Position numbers and translations under genes: made by a program. DNA of 34,714 bases. It comes from Rhodospirillales bacterium. Lineage in GTDB: Bacteria > Pseudomonadota > Alphaproteobacteria > CACIAM-22H2. The stretch covers positions 1 to 34,714 of the forward strand of contig JACQAF010000181.1 of the NCBI GenBank assembly GCA_016195145.1, read 5' to 3'. The notes beneath the pieces were generated by a model, which saw only the letters and a list, made by a program, of their open reading frames with translations, made no database searches and was not told where the DNA came from. Of this stretch, positions 1 to 10,018 are shown one piece after another; within the stretch, counting starts at the first letter, position 1; each line of letters begins with the position of its first letter.

Positions 1-1
1 G

Positions 2-330
2 GTGCTGGTCGCACACGAGTTCGCGCTTACCGACGGGGCCGGACACGATTACGGTCCGCACAGTGACGGCTTACGCGCAGCGATTGAAGAGACTGATCAT
101 CGGCTCGGTCAAGTGCTCGACATGCTGGCGGCGAAAGGTCTGCTCGACTCGACGCTCTTTGTCTTCACCAGCGATCACGGCATGGCCGCTCAAGACGTGA
201 GCCTCAAGGCGAATCCGGCGCGTCATCCGGAGCGCATTGGCATGAAGACCGTCATCGGCGAACCGATGATCTACTTGCGTGATCTGTGCGTGGAGGTCGC
301 ACCGGCGAACGATGGCCGCACCGCGCGCGT
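2..330 (+). other. Fragment resembling the C-terminal part of a type I phosphodiesterase/nucleotide pyrophosphatase (alkaline phosphatase superfamily), in frame with the M16 ORF
   Basis: Motifs TDGAGHDYGPHS and DSTLFVFTSDHGMAAQD are unrelated to M16. The segment has lower GC and non-GC3 codons (TTA, CAA, ACT, AGT, GGT) compared with the sequence after about nt 300. The end coordinate is approximate. Confidence 0.5.
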
Positions 331-1207
331 CAGCGTGCTCGATAACGATCCGCGCGCCCGCATGCGCGAGCAGATGCAGGCGGCGCTCTATCTCAACCAT
401 CCCTATGGCCGGTCGGTGATCGGCTGGGAGCACGAGATGCGCGGGCTCAACACCGCCGATGCGCTCGATTGGTACCGCCGCTATTACGCGCCGAACAACG
501 CCATCCTGATCGTCGCCGGCGACATCACCGCGGCCGATCTCAAACCGCTCGCCGAAAAATATTACGGGCCGATCTCGGCGCGCCCGATTGCGCCGCGCCT
601 GCGCCCGCAGGAGCCGCCGCCCGAGGCGGCGCGGCGCGTCACGATCAAGGACACGCGGGTGCGCGAACCGTCGCTGAGCCGGGTCTATCTCGCGCCGAGC
701 TATGTCGCCGGCGCGCGCGAACATGCCTATCCGCTCGAAGTGCTGGCCGAGGTGCTCGGCAGCGGCGGCACCAGCCAGCTCTATCGCGCGCTGGTTCTCG
801 ACCGGCGGGTGGCCACTGCCGCCGGCGCGTTTTACACGCCCGACGCCATCGACCTGACCCGCTTTGCGATGTTCGCCACCCCGGCGCCCGGCGTTTCGCC
901 GGCCGATCTCGAGGCGGCGCTCGACGAGGAAATCCGGCGCGTCCTGGTCGAGGGCGTGTCGGCCGGCGATGTCGAGCGCGCCAAGCAGCGCATGCGCGCC
1001 TCGGCCGTGTTCGCGCGCGACAGCCTGCAGACGGGGGCGCGAGTGATCGGCACGGCGCTCGCCATCGGCCAGACGGTCGACGACGTCGAGGCGTGGCCCG
1101 ACCGCATCGGCGCGGTGACCGCAGCCGAGGTCACCGCCGCCGCCCGTTATGTGCTGCGTGAGGAAAGATCGGTCACCGGCGTTCTGTTGCCGCGCCCCGG
1201 CAGCTGA
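2..1207 (+). CDS. M16 (pitrilysin/insulinase) family peptidase, 5'-partial at the window edge; only the middle/C-terminal ~290 aa are M16-like
   Basis: The ORF is open from the window edge. From about aa 112 it shows DNDPRARMREQMQAALYLNHPYGRSVIGWEHE and YYAPNNAILIVAGDI, typical of M16 middle/C-terminal domains. It is followed 23 nt later by a second M16 gene, the usual paired arrangement. The HxxEH zinc-motif region is not present in the window. Confidence 0.75.
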   Translation: MLVAHEFALTDGAGHDYGPHSDGLRAAIEETDHRLGQVLDMLAAKGLLDSTLFVFTSDHGMAAQDVSLKANPARHPERIGMKTVIGEPMIYLRDLCVEVAPANDGRTARVSVLDNDPRARMREQMQAALYLNHPYGRSVIGWEHEMRGLNTADALDWYRRYYAPNNAILIVAGDITAADLKPLAEKYYGPISARPIAPRLRPQEPPPEAARRVTIKDTRVREPSLSRVYLAPSYVAGAREHAYPLEVLAEVLGSGGTSQLYRALVLDRRVATAAGAFYTPDAIDLTRFAMFATPAPGVSPADLEAALDEEIRRVLVEGVSAGDVERAKQRMRASAVFARDSLQTGARVIGTALAIGQTVDDVEAWPDRIGAVTAAEVTAAARYVLREERSVTGVLLPRPGS

Positions 1208-1230
1208 CGCTAACCAAGCGAGTACCGTCC

Positions 1231-2595
1231 ATGATCCGTGGCTTTTCGTTGCGTTACGTCCTTGTCGTTCTCGCCTTTTTTGCGTCGTTCGGCACGGCGC
1301 AAGCGGCGGCCGATCCCGAGCGCGTGGTCAGCCCCGGCGGTATCGAAGCCTGGCTGGTGCGCGACCCGACCCTGCCGATCGTCGCCGTCGAGTTCAGCTT
1401 CCGCGGCGGATCGGCCCTCGATCCGGCCGGCAAGGAAGGGCTCGCCCAGCTTGCCGCCAATCTGTTGACCGAAGGGGCCGGCGATCTCGACCGTCTCGCC
1501 TTCCAGCGGGCGCTCGAAGACCGCAGCATCTCGCTCGATTTCAACACCGGGCTCGACACCTTCCAGGGCTCGACCAAGACCCTCAAGGAAAACCGCGACG
1601 TCGCCGCCGACATGCTGCGCCTGGCGCTGACCCGGCCGCGTTTCGACGCCGCCGATATCGATCGGGTTCGTGCCGCGACGCTGACCGGCCTCGGCCGTGA
1701 CGCCGAAAATCCCGGCCAGATCGCGCGGCGGACCTGGATGGCGACGGCGTTTCCCGGCCATCCCTATGGCCGGCCGGTGCGCGGCACGCCCGAGAGCGTG
1801 AAAACCGTCGGCGAGAAGGATATGCGCGACTTCGTCGCGGCCCGGCTGGCGCGCGACAACCTGATCGTCGGCGCGGTCGGCGACATTACCGCGCCGGAGC
1901 TCGCGGCATGGCTTGACCGCGCCTTTGGCGGGTTGCCGGCCAGGGCCACGCCGGGATCGGTCATGGAAGTGAAGCCCGCCGGCCTCGGCCGGACCATCGT
2001 CATCCGGCGGCCGGTGCCGCAAAGCGCCGTCGTCTTCGGCGAAGGCGGGCTCAAGCGCAACGATCCCGATTTCTATGCCGCGACGGTGATGAATTACATT
2101 CTCGGCGGCGGCGGCTTCAATTCCCGCCTGACGCTGGAGGTGCGCGAGAAACGCGGTCTCGCCTATTCGGTCTACAGCGCGCTGTCGCCGCTCGACCGCA
2201 CCGGGCTGCTGATCGGCGGGACGGCGAGCGAAAACGCCCGCGTCGCCCGCTCGCTTGAGGTGATCCGCGAGGAATGGCGGCGCATGGGCGAGAACGGGCC
2301 GAGCGAGAAGGAACTGGCCGACGCCAAGACCTATCTTACCGGATCGTGGGCGCTGTCGTTCGATTCAACCTCGCGCATCGCGCGCATGCTGGTGGCTGTC
2401 CAGTACGACAAGCTCGGCGTCGATTATTTCCAGCGGCGCAACAGCCTGATCGAGGCGGTGACGATTGGCGACGTGCGCCGCGTCGCCCGCCATCTGCTCG
2501 ATCCCGACCGGCTGCTGACGGTCGTCGTCGGCGAGCCGGACGGCTTGGCCGAGCTTACGCCGCCGGTTGGCGCGCCACCGGCCGGCGGCGGCTGA
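1231..2595 (+). CDS. M16 family peptidase-like protein, secreted, probably the non-catalytic partner subunit
   Basis: 454 aa. N-terminal signal peptide (LVVLAFFASFGTAQAAAD) and M16 fold motifs (FPGHPYGRPVRG, NLIVGAVGDI, REKRGLAYSVYS). The position of the HxxEH motif reads GLAQLAANLLTEGAG, so there are no zinc ligands. Confidence 0.85.
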   Translation: MIRGFSLRYVLVVLAFFASFGTAQAAADPERVVSPGGIEAWLVRDPTLPIVAVEFSFRGGSALDPAGKEGLAQLAANLLTEGAGDLDRLAFQRALEDRSISLDFNTGLDTFQGSTKTLKENRDVAADMLRLALTRPRFDAADIDRVRAATLTGLGRDAENPGQIARRTWMATAFPGHPYGRPVRGTPESVKTVGEKDMRDFVAARLARDNLIVGAVGDITAPELAAWLDRAFGGLPARATPGSVMEVKPAGLGRTIVIRRPVPQSAVVFGEGGLKRNDPDFYAATVMNYILGGGGFNSRLTLEVREKRGLAYSVYSALSPLDRTGLLIGGTASENARVARSLEVIREEWRRMGENGPSEKELADAKTYLTGSWALSFDSTSRIARMLVAVQYDKLGVDYFQRRNSLIEAVTIGDVRRVARHLLDPDRLLTVVVGEPDGLAELTPPVGAPPAGGG

Positions 2596-2614
2596 GGTCG
2601 CCGAATCCCTTGCG

Positions 2615-3940
2615 ATGGCGGATTCGACCCCTTTTACGGCGTTCGCGCACGATGTCGATCATTGTTTCGCGGCCGCGATCGGCCGGCACGGCCTCGCTGA
2701 GGCTGACTTCGCGCCGGTCCTGGAGGCGACTCGTCCGGCGCTGACGCGGCTGCGCCAGGCCCGCGCCGACGCCACGCTGCCGCTGTTGCGCTTGCCCGCG
2801 CGTACCGACGATCTCGCCGCGATCGACGCGGCGGCGCAACGCTATCGCGGTCTCGCCCATGTCGTCGTCCTCGGCACCGGCGGGTCGAGCCTCGGCGGGC
2901 GGACGCTGTGCGCGCTCGCCGATGGCGGCCTCGGGTCGGCCGCGTCGCCGGGCAACGCGCCGCGCCTGTGGTTCGCCGAGAACGTCGATCCCGACGGGTT
3001 CGAGCGTCTTGTCGGCGGCCTCGATCTTGCGCGCACCGGCGCGATCGTCGTCTCGAAATCCGGCGGCACGGCCGAAACAATGGCCCAGGCGCTCGCCTTC
3101 CTGCCGCGCCTGGCCAAGGCGATATCGCCGGCCAGCCTCGGCGAACGCGTCACCGCGATTACCGAGCCGACGGACAATCCACTGCGCCGGCTGGCCGGAC
3201 GGCTCGGCCTGCCGATCATCGACCACGATCCGCAGGTCGGCGGCCGCTTCTCGGTCCTGTCGGTGACCGGCCTGTTGCCGGCAGCGATTGCCGGGGTCGA
3301 TATCCGCGCCGTGCGCGCCGGGGCGCTTGCGGCGCTGGTCGCAGCGCTGGCCGACGATCCGCGCCGCTCGCCGCCGGCGATCGGGGCGGCGGTCGGCGCG
3401 GCGCTTGCCAGCACGCGCAGCGTCTCGCAGACGGTGATCCTGCCCTATATCGACCGCCTTGCGCCGTTCGGCCTGTGGTTCTGCCAGCTCTGGGCCGAAA
3501 GCCTCGGCAAGGGCGGCAAGGGCACGACGCCGATCCGCGCCCTCGGCACGGTCGACCAGCACAGCCAGGTGCAGCTTTATCTCGACGGTCCGGCCGACAA
3601 GATGTTCACCGTCGTCATGGGCGATGCGCGCGGCCGCGGCCCGCGTTTCGCGGCCGGCGATCTCGGCGATCCGGCGCTCGACTGGCTCGCCGGGCGGACG
3701 ATGGGCGATCTTCTTGACGCCTCGCAGCGCGCGACGGCCGAGACACTGGCCCGCAAGGGCCGGCCAGTGCGCATCCTGCGCCTCGCGGCGCTCGACGCGC
3801 ACGGCCTCGGCGCGCTGCTGATGCATTTCATGATCGAGACCATCGTCGCCGCGCATCTTCTCAGCGTCGATCCGTTCGACCAGCCGGCGGTCGAGGACGG
3901 CAAGAAACTGGCCCGGCAATACATGCAGGGTATGTCATGA
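2615..3940 (+). CDS. pgi: Glucose-6-phosphate isomerase
   Basis: Motifs [39 protein letters not shown] and [13 protein letters not shown]. The ATG at 2615 lies 19 nt after the upstream stop. The track ORF begins at a TTG at 2567 that overlaps the previous gene. Confidence 0.85.
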   Translation: MADSTPFTAFAHDVDHCFAAAIGRHGLAEADFAPVLEATRPALTRLRQARADATLPLLRLPARTDDLAAIDAAAQRYRGLAHVVVLGTGGSSLGGRTLCALADGGLGSAASPGNAPRLWFAENVDPDGFERLVGGLDLARTGAIVVSKSGGTAETMAQALAFLPRLAKAISPASLGERVTAITEPTDNPLRRLAGRLGLPIIDHDPQVGGRFSVLSVTGLLPAAIAGVDIRAVRAGALAALVAALADDPRRSPPAIGAAVGAALASTRSVSQTVILPYIDRLAPFGLWFCQLWAESLGKGGKGTTPIRALGTVDQHSQVQLYLDGPADKMFTVVMGDARGRGPRFAAGDLGDPALDWLAGRTMGDLLDASQRATAETLARKGRPVRILRLAALDAHGLGALLMHFMIETIVAAHLLSVDPFDQPAVEDGKKLARQYMQGMS

Positions 3941-5748
3941 CCCTGCGCCGCCTGCCCGAGACGGTGGTCAACCGCATCGCCGCCGGCGAGGTGATCGAGC
4001 GTCCGGCGGCGGCGGTCAAGGAACTGGTCGAAAACGCCCTCGATGCCGGCGCCGTGCGCATCGAAGTGACGCTGGGCGAGGCTGGCAAGAGCCTGATTGC
4101 GGTCGTCGACGACGGCGGCGGCATGTCGCGCGAGGAGATCGACCTCGCGGTCGAGCGGCACGCCACATCGAAGCTGCCCGACGACGATCTTCTGCGCATC
4201 TCGACCCTCGGCTTTCGCGGCGAGGCGCTGCCGTCGATCGGCGCGGTGGCGCGGCTGTCGATCGTCAGCCGCCGGCGCGGCGACGAGGCGGCGTGGGCGA
4301 TCGCGGTCGACGGCGGCCGCAAGGCGGCGCCCGTGCTGGCTGCCCACCCGCCGGGGACGCGGGTCGAAATCCGCGACCTGTTTTACGCAACGCCGGCACG
4401 GCTCAAGTTTCTCAAGGGCGAGCGCGCCGAGCTCAATGCCGCCCTCGACGCGGTGCAGCGCCTCGCCATGGCCCATCCGCGCGTCGCCTTTTATGTGAAC
4501 GACGCGACGGCCGGCCGCGCGCTGCTCAAGCTCGCCGGACCCGACCTCGCCGCCGCCGACCCGGCGCAGGTGCGCCTTGCACGCCTCGCGGCGGTGATCG
4601 GGCGCGATTTTTTCGACAACGCGATTCCCATCGAGGCGACGCGCGAGGGCGTGCGCCTGTCGGGCCATGCGGGCCTGCCGACCTATAACCGGGCCAACGC
4701 GCAGCATCAGTACTTGTTCGTCAACGGCCGGCCGGTGCGCGACAAGCTGCTCGCCGGCGCGGTGCGCGCCGCCTATGCCGATTTTCTCGCCCGCGACCGC
4801 CACCCGGCGGTGGCGCTGTTCGTCGAGCTGGCGGCGGAAGAGGTCGATGTCAACGTTCACCCGGCGAAGGCCGAGGTGCGCTTCCGCGACGCGGGGCTGG
4901 TGCGCGGGCTGATCGTCGGCGCATTGCGCCATGCGCTGGCCGCCGCCGGGTTCCGTGCATCGACGACCGTATCCACCGGCGCGCTCGGCGCGTTGCGGCC
5001 GGGCGCGGGCGCGCCGTCCTGGCCGGCGCCGCCATCGGGGGGTGCGCGTTACGCGCCGGGCCTCGCCGAGGCGGCCGCCGCCTATCAGGCGCCGCTCGCC
5101 GGCCTCGCCCAACCTTCGGCCCACGCCGAGATGCCCGCGCCGGCTGCCTCGCCGGTCGTGGCCGGGGATTATCCGCTCGGCGTCGCCCGCGCCCAGGTAC
5201 ATGAAACCTATATCGTCGCCCAGACCGCCGACGGGGTGGTGATCGTCGATCAGCACGCGGCGCATGAACGCCTTGTCTACGAGAAGATGAAGCGCGATCT
5301 CGATGCCGGCGGGATCAAGCGCCAGACGTTGCTGATTCCCGAAGTGGTCGAGCTCGATGAGGCGGCGCTCGCCCGCCTGATGCCGCGCCTCGCCGAATTC
5401 GCCGAACTCGGCCTGACGATCGAATCCTTCGGCCCCGGGGCGGTCGCGGTGCGCGAGACGCCGGCGCTGCTGGGCGCTGCCGACGTCAAGGCCCTGATCC
5501 GCGACCTTGCCGATGAAATCGCCGAATACGGCGAGGCGCTGTCGCTCAAGGAGAAGCTCGCCGAAGTGTGCTCGACCATGGCTTGCCACGGCAGCGTGCG
5601 CGCCGGCCGGCGGCTGACGGCCGACGAGATGAATGCGCTTCTGCGCCAGATGGAGGCGACGCCGCATTCCGGCCAGTGCAATCACGGCCGGCCGACCTAT
5701 GTCGAACTGAAACTCGCCGACATCGAGCGGCTGTTCGGCCGCCGATGA
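3937..5748 (+). CDS. mutL: DNA mismatch repair protein MutL
   Basis: 603 aa. N-terminal GHKL ATPase motifs ([42 protein letters not shown]) and a C-terminal dimerisation/endonuclease region ([17 protein letters not shown]). The start overlaps the pgi stop (ATGA). Confidence 0.95.
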   Translation: MTLRRLPETVVNRIAAGEVIERPAAAVKELVENALDAGAVRIEVTLGEAGKSLIAVVDDGGGMSREEIDLAVERHATSKLPDDDLLRISTLGFRGEALPSIGAVARLSIVSRRRGDEAAWAIAVDGGRKAAPVLAAHPPGTRVEIRDLFYATPARLKFLKGERAELNAALDAVQRLAMAHPRVAFYVNDATAGRALLKLAGPDLAAADPAQVRLARLAAVIGRDFFDNAIPIEATREGVRLSGHAGLPTYNRANAQHQYLFVNGRPVRDKLLAGAVRAAYADFLARDRHPAVALFVELAAEEVDVNVHPAKAEVRFRDAGLVRGLIVGALRHALAAAGFRASTTVSTGALGALRPGAGAPSWPAPPSGGARYAPGLAEAAAAYQAPLAGLAQPSAHAEMPAPAASPVVAGDYPLGVARAQVHETYIVAQTADGVVIVDQHAAHERLVYEKMKRDLDAGGIKRQTLLIPEVVELDEAALARLMPRLAEFAELGLTIESFGPGAVAVRETPALLGAADVKALIRDLADEIAEYGEALSLKEKLAEVCSTMACHGSVRAGRRLTADEMNALLRQMEATPHSGQCNHGRPTYVELKLADIERLFGRR

Positions 5749-7328
5749 CCGCGCCGGCCGGGGCCGCCGCCGCGCATCACCGCCGCGCGCTCGAACTCCT
5801 GCAGGCGCGGCAGGAGCCGGCGGCGCTCGGCGAACTGGTGCTCGCCGTCGCCCGCGATCCGGCGGCCGGCGAGCCGGCGCGGCTCCTCGCCGGATTGCTC
5901 GTGCGCTACGATCTCGGCCCGGGGGCGGAGGTGGCGGCAGCGCTGGCGGCGTGTTTCGCCCATCCCGATATCGACCATCAGCGCCTGATGCGCAGCGCGA
6001 TCAACTGCCTCGCCGGCATGCCAGCGTTCCGGGCGCGGGCGGCGCAGGCCGGGGCAGCGGGCTGGCGCGCGGCGGCGGACGAACTCCTCGATGGCGAAGG
6101 CGGCCTTCTCGCCGATCCGCTGTTTCATGCCGTGCTGACCAGGGGCATATGCCACGACGCGCCGTTCGAGCGGTTTGTCACCGCCTTGCGCGCCGCGCTG
6201 CTCGGCCGGGCGGCGGCGGCACCGACGCCGATTTGGCGCATGGTCGCGGCAGCGTTGGCCCAGCAGGCGGAAAACAACGAATATGCCTGGTTCGTCACGC
6301 CCGAGGAAACGGCGGCGCTGGCGGCGTTGCCCGATGGCGAATGGCCGGCGCTGCTTGCAGCCATGTATCGCCCGCCGCCGGCTGCGCCCGATGCGCAAGA
6401 AGCGGCGCTGCGGGCCGCGATCCCGCGCCTCGTCCCCGAACGCGACGCCACCTCGCAGGCGGTGCGCGCGCAATACGAGGAAAATCCCTATCCGCGCTGG
6501 CTGTCGCTCGCCCCGCCGCGCCTCGGCGAGCGGCGTGAACGAATCGTCCGTTATTTCGGCCCCGAAGCGGCGGCGCGCTTCGCCGGGCCGCTCGACGTGC
6601 TGATCGCCGGCTGCGGCACCGGCCGCCAGGCGGTGGCGGCGGCCTTCGCCTACGGGGCTGGGGCGAACATCCTCGCCTGCGATCTCAGCCGCGCGAGCCT
6701 CGCCTATGCGGCGCGCATGGCGCAACGTTCCGGCGTCGGCGATATCGAGTTTTTGCAGGCCGACATCCTCGATCTTGCCGCCCTCGACCGGTCGTTCGAC
6801 GCCATCGAGGCCATCGGCGTGCTCCATCACATGGCCGACCCGCTGGCCGGCTGGGCGGCGCTGGTCCGCCGCCTCAGGCCCGGCGGGGCGATGCGCGTGG
6901 CCCTCTACAGCGCGCGCGGCCGCGCCGACATCGTCGCCGCGCGGAACGAGATCGCGCGCCGCGGCCTGCCGGCGACGCCCGAGGGCATCCGCGCCCTGCG
7001 CCAAATTGCGCTCGATGCGCCGGACGATGTGCGCGACTGGCGCACCGGCGTGCGGCGTTTCGTCGATTTCTATTCGCTGTCGGCCTGCCGCGATCTCCTG
7101 TTCCATGTCGCCGAGCATCGCTTCACGCCGACGCGGCTCAAGGCGGCGCTGGCGACGCTTGGCCTCGATTTCCGCGGCTTCGAGCTGCCGACGGCGACAG
7201 CCGCGGCGTGGCGGCGCTTCGCCGGCGACGCCGATGCCCTCGACCTCGATCGCTGGGAAGCGTTCGAGGCGGCGCATCCCGACGCCTTCGTCGGCATGTT
7301 CCAGTTCTGGTGCCGCCGGTCCGGCTAG
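5745..7328 (+). CDS. Class I SAM-dependent methyltransferase with a ~290 aa helical N-terminal domain
   Basis: SAM-binding motif [11 protein letters not shown], then [18 protein letters not shown] and LRPGGAM, preceded by [10 protein letters not shown]. The ATG at 5745 overlaps the mutL stop (ATGA). The track ORF start at 5568 lies inside mutL and is Arg-rich. Confidence 0.8.
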   Translation: MTAPAGAAAAHHRRALELLQARQEPAALGELVLAVARDPAAGEPARLLAGLLVRYDLGPGAEVAAALAACFAHPDIDHQRLMRSAINCLAGMPAFRARAAQAGAAGWRAAADELLDGEGGLLADPLFHAVLTRGICHDAPFERFVTALRAALLGRAAAAPTPIWRMVAAALAQQAENNEYAWFVTPEETAALAALPDGEWPALLAAMYRPPPAAPDAQEAALRAAIPRLVPERDATSQAVRAQYEENPYPRWLSLAPPRLGERRERIVRYFGPEAAARFAGPLDVLIAGCGTGRQAVAAAFAYGAGANILACDLSRASLAYAARMAQRSGVGDIEFLQADILDLAALDRSFDAIEAIGVLHHMADPLAGWAALVRRLRPGGAMRVALYSARGRADIVAARNEIARRGLPATPEGIRALRQIALDAPDDVRDWRTGVRRFVDFYSLSACRDLLFHVAEHRFTPTRLKAALATLGLDFRGFELPTATAAAWRRFAGDADALDLDRWEAFEAAHPDAFVGMFQFWCRRSG

Positions 7329-7909
7329 CCGGCGGGCGCGTAGCGCAGGAAGGTGAGTTTCGCCTTGCCGTAGCGGCGTTCGTCGATAGCGGCGAAACGC
7401 GGCGGCAGCGCAAGCGCTTCCTGCGCCGCCGTCTCGACGACGCAGACCGCGCCGTCGGCGAGCCACCCGTTCTCGGCAAGAGCGGCGAGCGCCTGCCCGG
7501 CGAGCCCGCTGCCATAGGGCGGGTCGAGGAAGGCGACGGTGCATGGCCCGGGGGCCCCGGCCGGTAGCTTTCCGGGGCGCACGGCATCGGCAGGGCGGAC
7601 GAGAGCATGGCCGGTCTCGCCGAGAGCAACGATGTTGGCGCGCACCAGATCGAGGGCCGCCTTGTCGCTGTCGATGAACACAGCATGAGCGGCGCCGCGC
7701 GACAGCGCCTCGAGGCCAAGCGCGCCGGTGCCGCAGAAGGCGTCGAGCACCCGGGCGTCCTGCACGGCCGAAATGCCGCCGGGCGCAAACCGGCCATGGG
7801 CGAGGATGTTGAACAGCGATTCGCGTGCCCGGTCGCTGGTCGGGCGGATGCGCTCATCGGCCGGCGCGGCGAGCTTGCGGCCGCGATGCTTGCCGCCGAC
7901 GACGCGCAT
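7325..7909 (-). CDS. rsmD: 16S rRNA (guanine966-N2)-methyltransferase RsmD
   Basis: MRVVGGKHRGRKL...RPTSDRARESLFNIL, LDAFCGTGALGLEALSRGA and DPPY. The ATG at 7909 overlaps the upstream stop (TGATG). The longer track ORF (to 8101) is an Arg-rich extension. Confidence 0.85.
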   Translation of the reverse strand: MRVVGGKHRGRKLAAPADERIRPTSDRARESLFNILAHGRFAPGGISAVQDARVLDAFCGTGALGLEALSRGAAHAVFIDSDKAALDLVRANIVALGETGHALVRPADAVRPGKLPAGAPGPCTVAFLDPPYGSGLAGQALAALAENGWLADGAVCVVETAAQEALALPPRFAAIDERRYGKAKLTFLRYAPAG

Positions 7910-8715
7910 CAGCGCCCGCGTTCCCGCTGCGCCTTGCGTGCCGCCGCGCCGAGCGGCGCGCCGGCCAGCGTCACGCCGAGCTGGTCGCGCAACACCTTGG
8001 TGGGCACTTCCTCGATCCTCCCGGCCGGCAGATCGCCGAGCTGAAACGGCCCATAGGCGACGCGGATCAGGCGGTTGACCGGAAAGCCGAGATATTCGCA
8101 TACCCGGCGCACCTCGCGGTTCTTGCCTTCGGTCAGCGCCATGGTGATCCAGGTGTTGCGGCCATACGCGCTTTCGCTCCTCGCGCGGTCGAGATGCGCC
8201 TCGATCGGTCCATAGGCGACGCCGTCGATGACCAGGCCCTTGGCAAGGCGGGCGAATGCCGCCGCGTCGGGAACGCCGAACACGCGCACCCGATAGCGCC
8301 GCACCCAGCCGGTAGCCGGCAGTTCCAGATGGCGCTTGATCGCGCCGTCATTGGTCAGGAGCAGCAGCCCTTCCGAGGTAAAGTCGAGCCGCCCGACCGG
8401 CATCAGTCGCGGCAGGCCCGCCGGCATGCCGTCATAGATGGTCCGGCGTCCCTCGGGGTCGCTGGCGGTGGTCAGCACGCCGTGCGGCTTGTGGAAGCGG
8501 AACAGGCGCGGTCGTTCGGGCGGGCGGAGCGGCTTGCCGTCGACGGTGACCGCGTTCTCGGCCGTCACCGTCACCGCCGGGCTGGTCAGCGCCTTGCCGT
8601 CGATGGCGACGCGGCCCTCGGCGATCCAGCGTTCGGCCTCGCGGCGCGAACACAGACCGGCGCGCGCCATCACCTTGGCGATGCGTTCGCCCTTGGCCGG
8701 AGCGGCGGCGGTCAT
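7909..8715 (-). CDS. Pseudouridine synthase, RsuA/RluB family (S4 domain plus catalytic domain)
   Basis: S4-like N-terminus (ERIAKVMARAGLCSRREAERWIAEGRVAIDG) and catalytic motif PVGRLDFTSEGLLLLTNDG. The start is chosen at the ATG at 8715 (MTAAAPAKGERIAK), 6 nt after the upstream stop. Confidence 0.85.
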   Translation of the reverse strand: MTAAAPAKGERIAKVMARAGLCSRREAERWIAEGRVAIDGKALTSPAVTVTAENAVTVDGKPLRPPERPRLFRFHKPHGVLTTASDPEGRRTIYDGMPAGLPRLMPVGRLDFTSEGLLLLTNDGAIKRHLELPATGWVRRYRVRVFGVPDAAAFARLAKGLVIDGVAYGPIEAHLDRARSESAYGRNTWITMALTEGKNREVRRVCEYLGFPVNRLIRVAYGPFQLGDLPAGRIEEVPTKVLRDQLGVTLAGAPLGAAARKAQRERGR

Positions 8716-8720
8716 GACGC

Positions 8721-9437
8721 TCAGGCGCCCGCGGCGGCGCGCACGAGGGCGGCGAAAATCCGGCCGTCGCCGGGGCTGATCGAATATTCGGGGTGCCACT
8801 CGACGCCGAGGCAGAAGCGCCGGCGCGGATCCTCAATGCCCTCGATCACGCCGTCGGGCGCGCGGGCGTTGACGACGATTCCGGGGCCGATATCCTTCAC
8901 CGCCTGATGGTGGGCGGAATTGACCGGCATCTCCAGCGTCCCGACGACGCGGTGGAGAAGGGTTCCCGCGACCACGCTCACCTTGTGGCCGGCCTCGGTG
9001 CGCGGGTTCGGCTGTTCGTGGGCGAGGGCGCCCGGCACCTCGTCGGGGATATGCTGGATCAGCGTGCCGCCGAGGACGACGTTGAGCAGCTGCTGGCCGC
9101 CGCAGATGCCGAGCACCGGCTTGTCGGCGGCGACGGCGGCGGCGGCAATCGCATGCTCGAAGGCGGTGCGGCGGTCCTTGGTCTTGACCGTGGCGTGGCG
9201 GGCCGACGCGCCGAACAGCGCCGGGTCGACGTCGAACGCGCCGCCGGTGACGACCAGGCCGTCGATCCGGCCGAGATATTCGGCCGCCATCTCCGGCTCG
9301 TGGGGCAGCGCGAAGGGCAGGCCGCCGGCGGCGACCACGGCGGCGCAGTAGTTCTGGCGCAGCGCGTACCACGGCATTTTCGACCAGCCGCCGGCCGGTT
9401 CCGAATCGAGGGTGATGCCGATGAGGGGGCGTGACAT
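8721..9437 (-). CDS. Gamma-glutamyl-gamma-aminobutyrate hydrolase family protein (peptidase C26 / class I glutamine amidotransferase-like)
   Basis: 238 aa. Nucleophile elbow PVLGICGGQQLLN, plus SAHHQAV and GVEWHPE. Confidence 0.8.
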   Translation of the reverse strand: MSRPLIGITLDSEPAGGWSKMPWYALRQNYCAAVVAAGGLPFALPHEPEMAAEYLGRIDGLVVTGGAFDVDPALFGASARHATVKTKDRRTAFEHAIAAAAVAADKPVLGICGGQQLLNVVLGGTLIQHIPDEVPGALAHEQPNPRTEAGHKVSVVAGTLLHRVVGTLEMPVNSAHHQAVKDIGPGIVVNARAPDGVIEGIEDPRRRFCLGVEWHPEYSISPGDGRIFAALVRAAAGA

Positions 9438-9485
9438 GGCGAGGGAAGGTTTACCACCAAGTCGCGGTCGTGGTTAAGTCCCGTC

Positions 9486-9944
9486 ATGCAGCAGGAACGA
9501 CGATCCCATATGGAGCGGGCCCTGGCCGAGGCTGAAAAGGCCGCCGCCGCCGGCGAGGTGCCGGTGGGGGCGGTGATGGTCGACGGCGACAGCGGCGAGG
9601 TCCTGGCGGCGGCGCATAACCTCGTCGAAACCGCCCGCGACCCCACCGCGCACGCCGAAATGCTGGTCATCCGCGCCGCCGCCCAGCGGCTGGGGGCAAA
9701 ACATCTCGCCGCCTGCGACCTGTATGTGACGCTGGAGCCCTGCCCGATGTGCGCCCAGGCCATCGCGCTCGCCCGGCTGCGCCGGGTCTATTACGGGGCA
9801 AGCGACCCCAAGGGCGGGAGCGTCGAGCACGGGCCGCGCATTTTCACCCAGCCGACCTGCAATCACCGGCCAGAGGTCTATGGCGGGTTTGAGGAAGTAC
9901 GGGCGGCGTTGCTGCTCCGCGATTTCTTCCGCGCCCGGCGCTGA
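9486..9944 (+). CDS. tadA: tRNA adenosine(34) deaminase TadA
   Basis: CDA zinc motifs HAEMLVI and LEPCPMCAQA, in a family-typical ~150 aa protein. An alternative ATG at 9510 (MERALAEAEKA) is preceded by AGGAA. Confidence 0.9.
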   Translation: MQQERRSHMERALAEAEKAAAAGEVPVGAVMVDGDSGEVLAAAHNLVETARDPTAHAEMLVIRAAAQRLGAKHLAACDLYVTLEPCPMCAQAIALARLRRVYYGASDPKGGSVEHGPRIFTQPTCNHRPEVYGGFEEVRAALLLRDFFRARR

Positions 9945-10018
9945 TTGCGCGCACAGGTTTTCATCGGCCTGCCTGTTTTCCGGGCAAGGGGCGCCGCCGC
10001 AATCTCGGCCGAAGGGCG

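Noticed and set aside
3577-5685. A 702-aa ORF antisense to mutL. Similar very long antisense or alternative-frame ORFs include 5697..7544, 12716..13834, 14032..15003, 14927..16072, 17446..18750, 18919..20151, 22316..23716, 23762..24919 and 31734..33260.
   Set aside because: All are Arg/Ala/Gly/Pro-rich with no recognisable motifs, and each lies opposite or out of frame to a gene with clear family signatures. Long open antisense frames are the expected artefact of stop-codon scarcity in ~70% GC DNA.
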